The position numbers were made by a program, and so were the translations under genes. Below the pieces are notes generated by a model. It saw nothing but the letters and a program-made list of their open reading frames with translations, ran no database searches and was not told the DNA's origin. A stretch of 64,000 nt of DNA. Origin: a virus. Positions within the stretch are counted from its first letter, which is position 1, and each line of letters starts with the position of its first letter. Where the stretch lies: IMG/VR virus record IMGVR_UViG_3300037493_005286, positions 23,454 through 87,453 of that record. The stretch is one strand, 5' to 3'. Shown here in pieces: positions 47,157 to 56,101 of this stretch.

Positions 47157-48104
47157 TTACTTAAGTTTAGATTGTATATCTATTATTTCAAGTCTTAAAT
47201 TATCGTTTTGTAACTTTAACTCTTTAATAGATTCAATAAGTAATGGTACTATCTTTTCATAATTAACAGCTTTGTATCCATTTCCTCTAGTTGTTACTAT
47301 AGATGGTAAGACCTCCTCTATTTCCTGAGCAATAACACCGACATCACTACCTGTGTAAATATCTTGCTTGCTATTCCAGTCAAAAGTAACTCCGTTAATT
47401 TTAGATATCTTATCTAGAGGAGCTGTAATGTTCTGTATATTATCTTTTAAATTCTTATCTGACGTAGAATACGCAACAATGTCATTAGATCCATATATAA
47501 CACCACCTATGTAAGCAGCTCCTGTAGCATGAAACGTACCAGTTACATCTAAATTATATATCGGTGAGCCATTATTGATACCAACTTTACCGTCCGCAGT
47601 TATTCTCATTTTTTCGCCGTTAGCTACAAAAACTATCGGACCGTTATTTTGCGTTAAGGTCGTTGAACCTGTACCTAAATTTGTAATTGATAAATCACCA
47701 TTAGCTCCTGTGTCCTTTATAATTCTAGCATCATAATCTGGAGTTGGAGATGTATGAAAATCAATATACGTTGTACCATTACCTGTACGACCGTTACCAA
47801 CTTCAATAAAGGCAGCTGCATTACTTACACCATTAGCTAAAAGTAAATTACCACTAGCAGTAATATTACCTGTTTCTATACTGTTACTTGTTGCAATACC
47901 CGTATTAGTGAGATTGCCTGTAATTACTGTATTACCTGTAATACTAGCACCTGTATTTATACGTCCTATGGATAATGACGATGCATTACCATAACCATCG
48001 TATAATAACTGTCTACTTGAAGCGGATAGTGGTGCGCCACCAGCATGAATAACACCAATATACGTATCACTTATATTAGTATTTGTTAAAGATTGTATCG
48101 CCAT
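47157..48104 (-). CDS. Tail fibre with C-terminal intramolecular chaperone (peptidase S74)
   Basis: YSTSDKNLKDNI...INGVTFDW...GVIAQEIEEVLP...VNYEKIVPLLIESIKEL; TAAATA at 48110-48115. Confidence 0.9.
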   Translation of the reverse strand: MAIQSLTNTNISDTYIGVIHAGGAPLSASSRQLLYDGYGNASSLSIGRINTGASITGNTVITGNLTNTGIATSNSIETGNITASGNLLLANGVSNAAAFIEVGNGRTGNGTTYIDFHTSPTPDYDARIIKDTGANGDLSITNLGTGSTTLTQNNGPIVFVANGEKMRITADGKVGINNGSPIYNLDVTGTFHATGAAYIGGVIYGSNDIVAYSTSDKNLKDNIQNITAPLDKISKINGVTFDWNSKQDIYTGSDVGVIAQEIEEVLPSIVTTRGNGYKAVNYEKIVPLLIESIKELKLQNDNLRLEIIDIQSKLK

Positions 48105-48120
48105 AAAGTTATTTAATACA

Positions 48121-50013
48121 TTATTCTAAAATTAAAGTATCTTCTGCATTAAATGCAGGTACTAGTTCATATCCAGGATCAATACTGGTTAACTGAGCTA
48201 GTTTTTGCTGTAATTCGTATATATGAGATAAGCTTCTATTTAACACGCCGTTAATATTCTTTTCATTTTCATTAACATAAAATACAGATTCATCGTAATC
48301 TGTAAATTGCGAAAAATCTAAATTATAGTTATAGTCTGTTAATGTTAAAATTCCTTGGTCGTCATACTTACCTGCAAATCTACCTACTAGATTATTTTTA
48401 AGAGTATATAAATCATGAACTACTTTATATATTTCCTTGTTAATAACAGTAGCTTGAATATACTCATCTCTAGAAAATGCTTTTGTACTAATACCGTAGT
48501 TAGGTAGGTTATTATACTTTAAAACACTCTTAATTGTGCTAGACTCCTTAAAGAAATATATTCTACCAGAAAGAAACATAATCATGTTATCTGTCCCGTC
48601 TTGCGCACCTGTAATATCGAAACCTGTATAATAGTGTATTTTTAATTTTGATAATAAATCAATATCTGTTACTTCACCATTCGATATATTTAAATTCCAG
48701 AAATAATCCGTAGTGTTGAAAGCTGTATATGTTGTATTCCACTTATTACTAAAATTACCTTTAGTGGTCGTACCACCTAAGAATATATTAGACGACTGAT
48801 ATCTACCTACAATTCCTGAAGGTCTATTTTTAAGCTTTTTATATACATTGTAATTTGTAGTGAGGTACCAGTAATTACTATCAGTCTGAGAAAAAGAGAT
48901 ATTAAGTATTTTTTCTCCATCGAGTAGCGATTCAGATAACGTATGTGTTTCCTCTAATATAAACGCCGAACTGTATATGTAGAGTTTAATATTATTAGAT
49001 TTATCCAAGGTAATAATATATAGCCTTTCAGCTAACGGGTCAAAATTAAACGTTTGAACTACCTCTCTTCTAAAGGAAATACCCTCAATTGCTTTAATAA
49101 AGTTTAATTCAATATCAAAAATCTTAACACTATATGTTCCAGAATCGTTAATAGCGATATACTTAGATGTACATGCTAGTTTTGTAGGTGTATTAAATTT
49201 AATTTTATTACTAACGCTAGCTGTACCACCAATTACCTCGACTAAATTACGTTGTTTTCTAAAAGCATTATCACTATCAATAATACCACCTATCTCATAC
49301 TTAAATACAACATTATTTTTTGAATCAGAAATAAATATATGAGTGTCGTTCTTGCAAATATCCGATAGATTGCCAAATTCTACATGATTTTCTTGCGTTT
49401 CAATATTTGTAGATATTTCAATTATAGAAGTGTTAAAAGTGTCAGATGTCAGTGTAATAAACTTAGTATCTGTTACGCAAAACATTACATAATTATCCAC
49501 CGTATTGGTTATTGTTGACGCTACAAAGCCTTTTATACGGCCCAGGTCAGCAAACTCTGTTGTAGCTTCAAAGTGAGGGTTAGCATAGCTTGTATTGGAG
49601 AAAGAACTTAGCTCGGTTGAATTGTTATCCGTGGCGCCAACATACCGAATATCTGATGTAGTTGGTAGATCGTTTTCAGTAAATAGAAGTCGAGAATAGG
49701 TGTATAAGTTATTTGTATGTAGCTTTAATAACTTATCTTTAAATAGGTCATATGTAAGATAGTCATTTGCAGCAATAAGAATGCTGTTATAGCTGTTAGG
49801 AAGTATGATATCATCACTAGCTAACCTATCAGTAAAGGAAGTAGATAGCTTTAAATCCGTACTAAACGTCTGTAGCGGTGATAACTCTATCAACGTGTTA
49901 TAAACATACGGTATACCTGATAATACCTGCACGTAGCCTGTATAATTAGAACCTGTTAACGTAAATTCATCACCCGATGTAAAGAATTTTTTATTTTCAC
50001 TGTAGTTTATCAT
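48121..50013 (-). CDS. Putative virion structural protein with NHL/beta-propeller-like segment
   Basis: IFISDSKNNVVFKY...KFNTPTKL...IAINDSGTYSVKIFD; late operon context. Confidence 0.55.
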   Translation of the reverse strand: MINYSENKKFFTSGDEFTLTGSNYTGYVQVLSGIPYVYNTLIELSPLQTFSTDLKLSTSFTDRLASDDIILPNSYNSILIAANDYLTYDLFKDKLLKLHTNNLYTYSRLLFTENDLPTTSDIRYVGATDNNSTELSSFSNTSYANPHFEATTEFADLGRIKGFVASTITNTVDNYVMFCVTDTKFITLTSDTFNTSIIEISTNIETQENHVEFGNLSDICKNDTHIFISDSKNNVVFKYEIGGIIDSDNAFRKQRNLVEVIGGTASVSNKIKFNTPTKLACTSKYIAINDSGTYSVKIFDIELNFIKAIEGISFRREVVQTFNFDPLAERLYIITLDKSNNIKLYIYSSAFILEETHTLSESLLDGEKILNISFSQTDSNYWYLTTNYNVYKKLKNRPSGIVGRYQSSNIFLGGTTTKGNFSNKWNTTYTAFNTTDYFWNLNISNGEVTDIDLLSKLKIHYYTGFDITGAQDGTDNMIMFLSGRIYFFKESSTIKSVLKYNNLPNYGISTKAFSRDEYIQATVINKEIYKVVHDLYTLKNNLVGRFAGKYDDQGILTLTDYNYNLDFSQFTDYDESVFYVNENEKNINGVLNRSLSHIYELQQKLAQLTSIDPGYELVPAFNAEDTLILE

Positions 50014-53000
50014 TTATAATCTATGAATTTAATGTTATTAATAGTTACACCAACCGGTAATAAGGATTTAGCTTGAAGTAATATACTGTTACTTATGTTT
50101 TGCTTGAATAAATCGTTATCAATCTTAAGATTTTTAATACACACGTCGATGTTCTTACTAGAGCTAGCAGGTGAAAACTTAAATATACGCTGTATTTCCT
50201 CAATGTTATTACGTTGACCTGCAGGTATGGAGAGAGATATATCGTTTATTGTAGTATTATACATATTTAACGCTTGAATTTCTTCATCTTGTAGAGATCT
50301 ATCAAAAATAAACAGATTTTTAAGCTTTAAATTATCTGTAAAGTAATAACCTGGTTGTAATAAGTAATCAGCTAGAGTTATACCGTTTGTAAATCCTGTT
50401 GCGCCGACCCATATACCTTCTTTAAATACATTTCGTATTTTATACTTACCAGGTGTGATATTTTTATTAGAATATATACTACCATCTACAAAGAGTGTAA
50501 TATTACCTTGCATTGCATCAAATCTATATGTAAAGGTATGCTCACCAGGATCAATAACATCGAGATTAAATTCCGTTGTAACGTTTAATATATCCTCACT
50601 TGATAGATAATTGGTCAGTGTTAAATCAAACTTAATACTGTTAGTTGTATTAGTGGTGTTAATGTAATTAAAGTTAGTTTGGGTGTATCGCTTTTGCGAG
50701 GTACTAGAAAACGGTGTGAATCTACCTGTTAATCCAGTATTACTAATAGTTAGGGTATTATTAGTACTTTTTATAAAAATTAACTCAGAATTCTCTTTTT
50801 CTACTAATAGTGTTGTAAATCTATTTATTCCAGTACTAGTATACTCCTTAACGATATCGACATCGATAATCTTACATGCAGATAATGTACTATCTAAAGT
50901 TGGTATGCTCTGTGTACCAAGAAACACTCTATTAGGTGAATACTTATTAATTTGCTGCTTATATGCGACAATAACATTATTATTTTCGTCTAAATTAAAA
51001 TCCGTAATAAAGCTACGAGCAGTTAAAAAGACAACGGCTTTATTTTCGTTAAGCTTGTGTTGTACTAAGTGTCTATTCTGTACGACGTAATATACAATAG
51101 TACTATCACTCCTTTCAAATCTAACCTTATCTCCAGGTACGCGGTATAATACATCATTATACCTTAAAATGCTATTTGCATACTTTAACTGTGATTGTGT
51201 TGGAACGGCTAGAGTGTAAGTAGGTAGTATTGTTGCATAGACAGAAGTATATGCTAGGTTATTTTTAATAACCTCAATGCAATTACCATCACGGTCGAGT
51301 AAAAAGGTTATTTTTGTATCTTCTTGTAAGAAATTTCTATAACCTACAATACTAGGTATAATTTCCATCTTAATTTTGTTACCTGCAGCTGTCAACTTAT
51401 ATACATATCCGTCATTACATATAACAAAAAAGTCTTTTAGCGGTTGACCAGCAATAACATCCTTAATAGGTCTATCCAACACCGTCTGTCCAATAAGAAC
51501 GTAGTCTGTGTTATAGGTATACAGTATGTTGTCTTGAAAGGTGTAAATAAACGGTGTAATAACCTTATCATTACATACACTTAATCCACTTTCTGTCTTG
51601 TTACCTAGTAGTTGATAACCATAACTTACTGATGGGTCAACAAAAGCTTTAAACGAAATAGTAAATTGACCGTCACTGTATAGTGTATTTTCTACTCTAT
51701 AGAAATTGTACTTTGTTTTATCATATTCAATTTCTGTACTATAATAATCGAATATGTTATTCTTAATGTCGTAGTAATTTGTAAAGCCTGTTACTAATGG
51801 CACTAAACTAGAAACAACATTATTAATATCATTAGGTCCTGTGCGTTGATAAACATATTTGGTGTTTGGCTCAAGCATTAAGTCGCTTACTTTATCAAAA
51901 ACAAAGCCCTGTTTACTAGTTATACTGTAATCTGTTGAACTAGTGTCAATATAATCTAAAAATGACGGGTTATAAGCAGCGCTACTCGATAATGCACGCT
52001 TTTTTGTAATTAGTTCAGGGTAATAATACCTATCTACCCATACACCTGGGGTAGTTGGAGTATCCATATAAAACCATGTACATAAATACCTACCGTTATT
52101 ATATACTGTTGTGTTTTTCTGTTCTTTATAGACTTTATCAGCTAACGTAGGTGATACTGCACCGAATGCACCGTTACTTGCAAATGCTGTGTCATTAACG
52201 TTTAACTTATCAAACGGATACATACTACCAGGTGTTGTAAACGTTATACTACTATCTGGTTTTACTGTAATATCCTTATCGAAGAATACATAATTAAGTG
52301 TTATCTTAGTATCACCTAATTCTTGATTATTACCTGTATTGAGTGTTGTGTACTCTCTAAAGTCACCTTCAGGTATATAGGTTGACTTTGTATACATGTT
52401 TGTTCCACGTTTAATACGACCTGATTCGGAACGTATATTGTTTAACGTTAAGTAATTGAGATTAACTGTATCATTAATTTCGTTATAGTTAGTATGAAAC
52501 AAATACTGCGTAGGTATATCATAATTACTTTTAGCAGAATTAGCTTTAAGTGTATTAAGATTATTAATATCGTAACTAATCCAACTTGTAGCAGATTTAG
52601 GATTAAGATATAAGTTATTATAGTAAATTTGTATTGTAGTTAGAGCTGTACTAACTCCTGTTAGCTCAGATACCTGTGTCAACTGCAATGCATCAAGATT
52701 GTCGGATATACGTAATGCGTAAATGTTAGATGTTACGCAGTCTTTTTTAAATAGCTGTAAATACCCATCTAAACTTAAACTATATCGGAAAACATCGCTA
52801 GTCTCAGCCGATACACTAGTAATATCACTACTGTATTGAGCAAATAGTAGGTTACTAGCTGAAGCACTAACAACATTAAGAAAGTAATCCTTAATACCGT
52901 CATTATGTTTTACTCTAGCATATTGCTCATCAATAAACTCTATCTCAAAGTACAAGTTATTCGTAGTAATAGCACCAGTTAGTGGTATAACGCCCTGTGG

Positions 53001-53342
53001 TCTTACTGCAGGTGTATTGGTAGTATCTTCAAAAATGTAAAGATGTCTTTCATTTGTACTAGCAGCAAGAGTATTGAAGATTAGAGGCGTTGTTAAGGTT
53101 GTAACCTTATTACTCTGAATATTAATTTGTATTAAATCGCCAATTCTTTGCTTTGTAGTAAGATAATGCGATGTATAGTTATTAATAGTTGTGCTATTAA
53201 TATTTTTTAATGCAGCAATTTCATTAAACGTAAATCCATGATCATAACTAGCGGTTTGCTGTGTATAGGTATAACTATGATCACTATAGATTGCTTGTGG
53301 CGTAGCTATAGAAGAAACACTTTGTATTGATAATGCCGTCAC
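50010..53342 (-). CDS. Large virion structural protein with LamG/ConA-like C-terminal region
   Basis: HTFTYRFD..GNITLFVDG...IWVG...LFIFDRSLQDEEI; GTG start 6 nt after TAAATA (53349-53354). Confidence 0.6.
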   Translation of the reverse strand: MTALSIQSVSSIATPQAIYSDHSYTYTQQTASYDHGFTFNEIAALKNINSTTINNYTSHYLTTKQRIGDLIQINIQSNKVTTLTTPLIFNTLAASTNERHLYIFEDTTNTPAVRPQGVIPLTGAITTNNLYFEIEFIDEQYARVKHNDGIKDYFLNVVSASASNLLFAQYSSDITSVSAETSDVFRYSLSLDGYLQLFKKDCVTSNIYALRISDNLDALQLTQVSELTGVSTALTTIQIYYNNLYLNPKSATSWISYDINNLNTLKANSAKSNYDIPTQYLFHTNYNEINDTVNLNYLTLNNIRSESGRIKRGTNMYTKSTYIPEGDFREYTTLNTGNNQELGDTKITLNYVFFDKDITVKPDSSITFTTPGSMYPFDKLNVNDTAFASNGAFGAVSPTLADKVYKEQKNTTVYNNGRYLCTWFYMDTPTTPGVWVDRYYYPELITKKRALSSSAAYNPSFLDYIDTSSTDYSITSKQGFVFDKVSDLMLEPNTKYVYQRTGPNDINNVVSSLVPLVTGFTNYYDIKNNIFDYYSTEIEYDKTKYNFYRVENTLYSDGQFTISFKAFVDPSVSYGYQLLGNKTESGLSVCNDKVITPFIYTFQDNILYTYNTDYVLIGQTVLDRPIKDVIAGQPLKDFFVICNDGYVYKLTAAGNKIKMEIIPSIVGYRNFLQEDTKITFLLDRDGNCIEVIKNNLAYTSVYATILPTYTLAVPTQSQLKYANSILRYNDVLYRVPGDKVRFERSDSTIVYYVVQNRHLVQHKLNENKAVVFLTARSFITDFNLDENNNVIVAYKQQINKYSPNRVFLGTQSIPTLDSTLSACKIIDVDIVKEYTSTGINRFTTLLVEKENSELIFIKSTNNTLTISNTGLTGRFTPFSSTSQKRYTQTNFNYINTTNTTNSIKFDLTLTNYLSSEDILNVTTEFNLDVIDPGEHTFTYRFDAMQGNITLFVDGSIYSNKNITPGKYKIRNVFKEGIWVGATGFTNGITLADYLLQPGYYFTDNLKLKNLFIFDRSLQDEEIQALNMYNTTINDISLSIPAGQRNNIEEIQRIFKFSPASSSKNIDVCIKNLKIDNDLFKQNISNSILLQAKSLLPVGVTINNIKFIDYK

Positions 53343-53412
53343 TACTAATATTTATCTCATATCTCTCGTTTTAATACATAATATAAAAATCGAACGATAT
53401 AGTATACATGTA

Positions 53413-53754
53413 TTATATATTAATAACTTCTTCGATATTAGGTACTGTGGCAGGTGAGTTTAATTCAGCCAACGTATTACCTACATCGTCTATTCCCTCT
53501 GAGGTAATTTCATACACTATGTCATCCGGCATTACAATGTTAGTTGTTATATTTTCATACACTAGCTCATTATCTATAGTATGCTGTTCACACTCTTCTT
53601 GAGAACCAACAAATAAATTTACTGAAGTAGATATTGGAGCTTCTAATCTTGAAAATACAGCAATTATTTTATTATCTGTATATACTAAGCACCATAATCC
53701 AGTATGAGTTTCATCTGTAAATGACCAGCCATTTTCTTGTTTTTCTATAATCAT
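53413..53754 (-). CDS. Hypothetical acidic protein
   Basis: 113 aa ORF starting 1 nt after the upstream stop. Confidence 0.5.
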   Translation of the reverse strand: MIIEKQENGWSFTDETHTGLWCLVYTDNKIIAVFSRLEAPISTSVNLFVGSQEECEQHTIDNELVYENITTNIVMPDDIVYEITSEGIDDVGNTLAELNSPATVPNIEEVINI

Positions 53755-53755
53755 A

Positions 53756-56101
53756 TTATGCGGTTATTGTTAATGTTGAATTCGTGGAATTATAACTACC
53801 TGTACGACCAAATGCATTTACAAGCGTTACAGGTGAATAGGTCTGAACTGTCCTACCTGTAAAAAATTGATACGTCTGTACACCCACAGGCGGTGGAGTT
53901 GAAAAGGTAACTGTTAGTAATGTAGGTGTAAATACCGCAGAGGCTATACCTTGTGTTACTACTATGGCTCCAGCATTTATACTTGTAGAGCCGCTATATG
54001 TATTATTATTTGCAGTAAGTGTTAGCGTTCCAGTACCAATCTTGACTGCTGATAAAGAACCTGCTGTATTTTTAATTATACCAGAGAATATACTTGATGT
54101 ATCGTTATCACCAATAGTTAAAGTAGGGTTACCGGTTCCACCATCAATTATACCCGCTCCAAAAAGACCGTTAATAGTTTCATTGAACCCGTTCATATTG
54201 AATGTACCGCTAAGCGCATTTAAATTACTTTTATTTACACCGCTTGGTATTTGATTACTTGCGCCGAGTTTTAAGGTAGCTTTACCAGTACCGTAAATAG
54301 TTGTATTACCGCTATAATCATTCGTATTGGTACCTGTGTTAGCCAATGTAAGTGTAAGTGAACCTGTAGCGGTAGTCGTTGCGGATAGCGACACAACGCG
54401 TATTCCGTAATTACCTTTAATAGCGCCGGTTACAGTAGCAGTGCGTCCTGATACATTATTAGCACTAAATATTGCATCAGCCTGATTAGCGCTAATTGTT
54501 CCAGCTAATGTACTTTCCTCACTTTCTATTCTCAAAGCACCGATGAATGTATTATCTCCAGATAGACTATTTACAACTATATCATAATTAAAGATTGATG
54601 TACCACCAAAGTAAAGTTGTGATCTATCAGTAGTATTTGCACCTACTGTAACCGGTCCAGTACCAAATATACCGTTAGTTATTGCACCCGGTGAACCACT
54701 TCCATACGTGGCCGTGCTTAATAAAAGTCGTGTTATTGCTGCACCAGTACCTTTTCCTAATGTTGTTCCACCATTATATGTATTGCTAGTATTGGTTAAA
54801 ATGGTATCACCTTGCGTACCGCCATATAATTGAACAGCTAAATTACCAGTAATTAACTGAGCTGCAGAAGCTGCAGTTGAAGCTGTACCCATAGCTACAC
54901 CTAGAGTTAATTCGGCACCTGTAGTACTAGTATTTGTGATAATACCAGTAGCGGTATCACTAGCAAACCCCTTTATAGTATTGTTATAGCCATTTAAGTC
55001 TAGTGTCGTTCCTGCTAGCACACTACATGCACTACTAATGCTCAATCCTTTAGTACTTCCTGCTTTAAGCGTACCTGCACTTATTGTAGTATTACCTGTG
55101 TATGTATTTGTACCTGAAAGAGTTAGTGTATTTAATCCGGTTTTAATTAGTGAATTAGTACCTGATATAGCACCAGCTAATGTAATATCACCGTTAGCGC
55201 TATTTACCAATATCCCACCAGTACCTGATAAAGAGATGTTATTTGCTATTGTTTGTAAATTAGTTGAATTGTTTACAATACCTCCAGAGTAGTATAATGT
55301 AAAGCTATTGCCTGATAGTTTATAGACACCTGCATCGTTATTAAAAGCTATACTTTTATAAGGTATACCTGCTACTAAGTCGTTAAAAGGAGCCAATCTA
55401 TTAGAAATTCCAAAAGATATATTAGTACTAGATAATGGAGATCTACCTACATTCCAATTATTACCTGTACTCCAATTATTATTAGATCCAAATCCTACCC
55501 ATACGCTATCCAAGGTTATACTATAGAGTGGTATACATATACCGTTGTAATTTGTATTATCAAACGTCTGCGATGTATCATTACGTAATACGGATATATA
55601 CGTTTGATCGTTACTACCTTCAAAATTAATAATCGTGTTATTAGACGATGTAGGTGTAATCTGTGTATTTAGTATATCTAAATTAGCAATATCATCATAA
55701 AACGACCCCTTAAAGATGTTTAATGGTTGGTATATATATACTGTTTTACCATTCTTAAATGTTATTAAAAATTGAGATGTTAATGGGTAGTTATAACTCG
55801 TTGTATTATTACTAAAGACATGATCGTAATGTGCAAATAAGGTTCCAGCTAATTCACCGTATATAACTTCATTTAATATACTCTGTGTTTTGTAGTTATA
55901 TGCTAACGGTCTGAAGAAATTAGTTTTTGTAGTTGTATCACCCCACAATACCTCAAGCTTGACAGCAGGGTTAAATATATCTTCAAATCCACTTAATACA
56001 AACCTAACAGATGTTACACCTTTAATATTAATTGAAGGTTTTCGAATTACTGTACTTATCGTAGGTGCCGATAGACTATATTGAATGGTTGTACTTTTCA
56101 T
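53756..56101 (-). CDS. Virion protein with autotransporter-associated beta-strand (PATR) repeats
   Basis: SLIKTGLNTLTLSGTNTYTGNTTISAGTL and AVKIGTGTLTLTANNNTYSGSTSINAGAI plus degenerate copies; G/T/N/S-rich. Confidence 0.85.
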   Translation of the reverse strand: MKSTTIQYSLSAPTISTVIRKPSINIKGVTSVRFVLSGFEDIFNPAVKLEVLWGDTTTKTNFFRPLAYNYKTQSILNEVIYGELAGTLFAHYDHVFSNNTTSYNYPLTSQFLITFKNGKTVYIYQPLNIFKGSFYDDIANLDILNTQITPTSSNNTIINFEGSNDQTYISVLRNDTSQTFDNTNYNGICIPLYSITLDSVWVGFGSNNNWSTGNNWNVGRSPLSSTNISFGISNRLAPFNDLVAGIPYKSIAFNNDAGVYKLSGNSFTLYYSGGIVNNSTNLQTIANNISLSGTGGILVNSANGDITLAGAISGTNSLIKTGLNTLTLSGTNTYTGNTTISAGTLKAGSTKGLSISSACSVLAGTTLDLNGYNNTIKGFASDTATGIITNTSTTGAELTLGVAMGTASTAASAAQLITGNLAVQLYGGTQGDTILTNTSNTYNGGTTLGKGTGAAITRLLLSTATYGSGSPGAITNGIFGTGPVTVGANTTDRSQLYFGGTSIFNYDIVVNSLSGDNTFIGALRIESEESTLAGTISANQADAIFSANNVSGRTATVTGAIKGNYGIRVVSLSATTTATGSLTLTLANTGTNTNDYSGNTTIYGTGKATLKLGASNQIPSGVNKSNLNALSGTFNMNGFNETINGLFGAGIIDGGTGNPTLTIGDNDTSSIFSGIIKNTAGSLSAVKIGTGTLTLTANNNTYSGSTSINAGAIVVTQGIASAVFTPTLLTVTFSTPPPVGVQTYQFFTGRTVQTYSPVTLVNAFGRTGSYNSTNSTLTITA

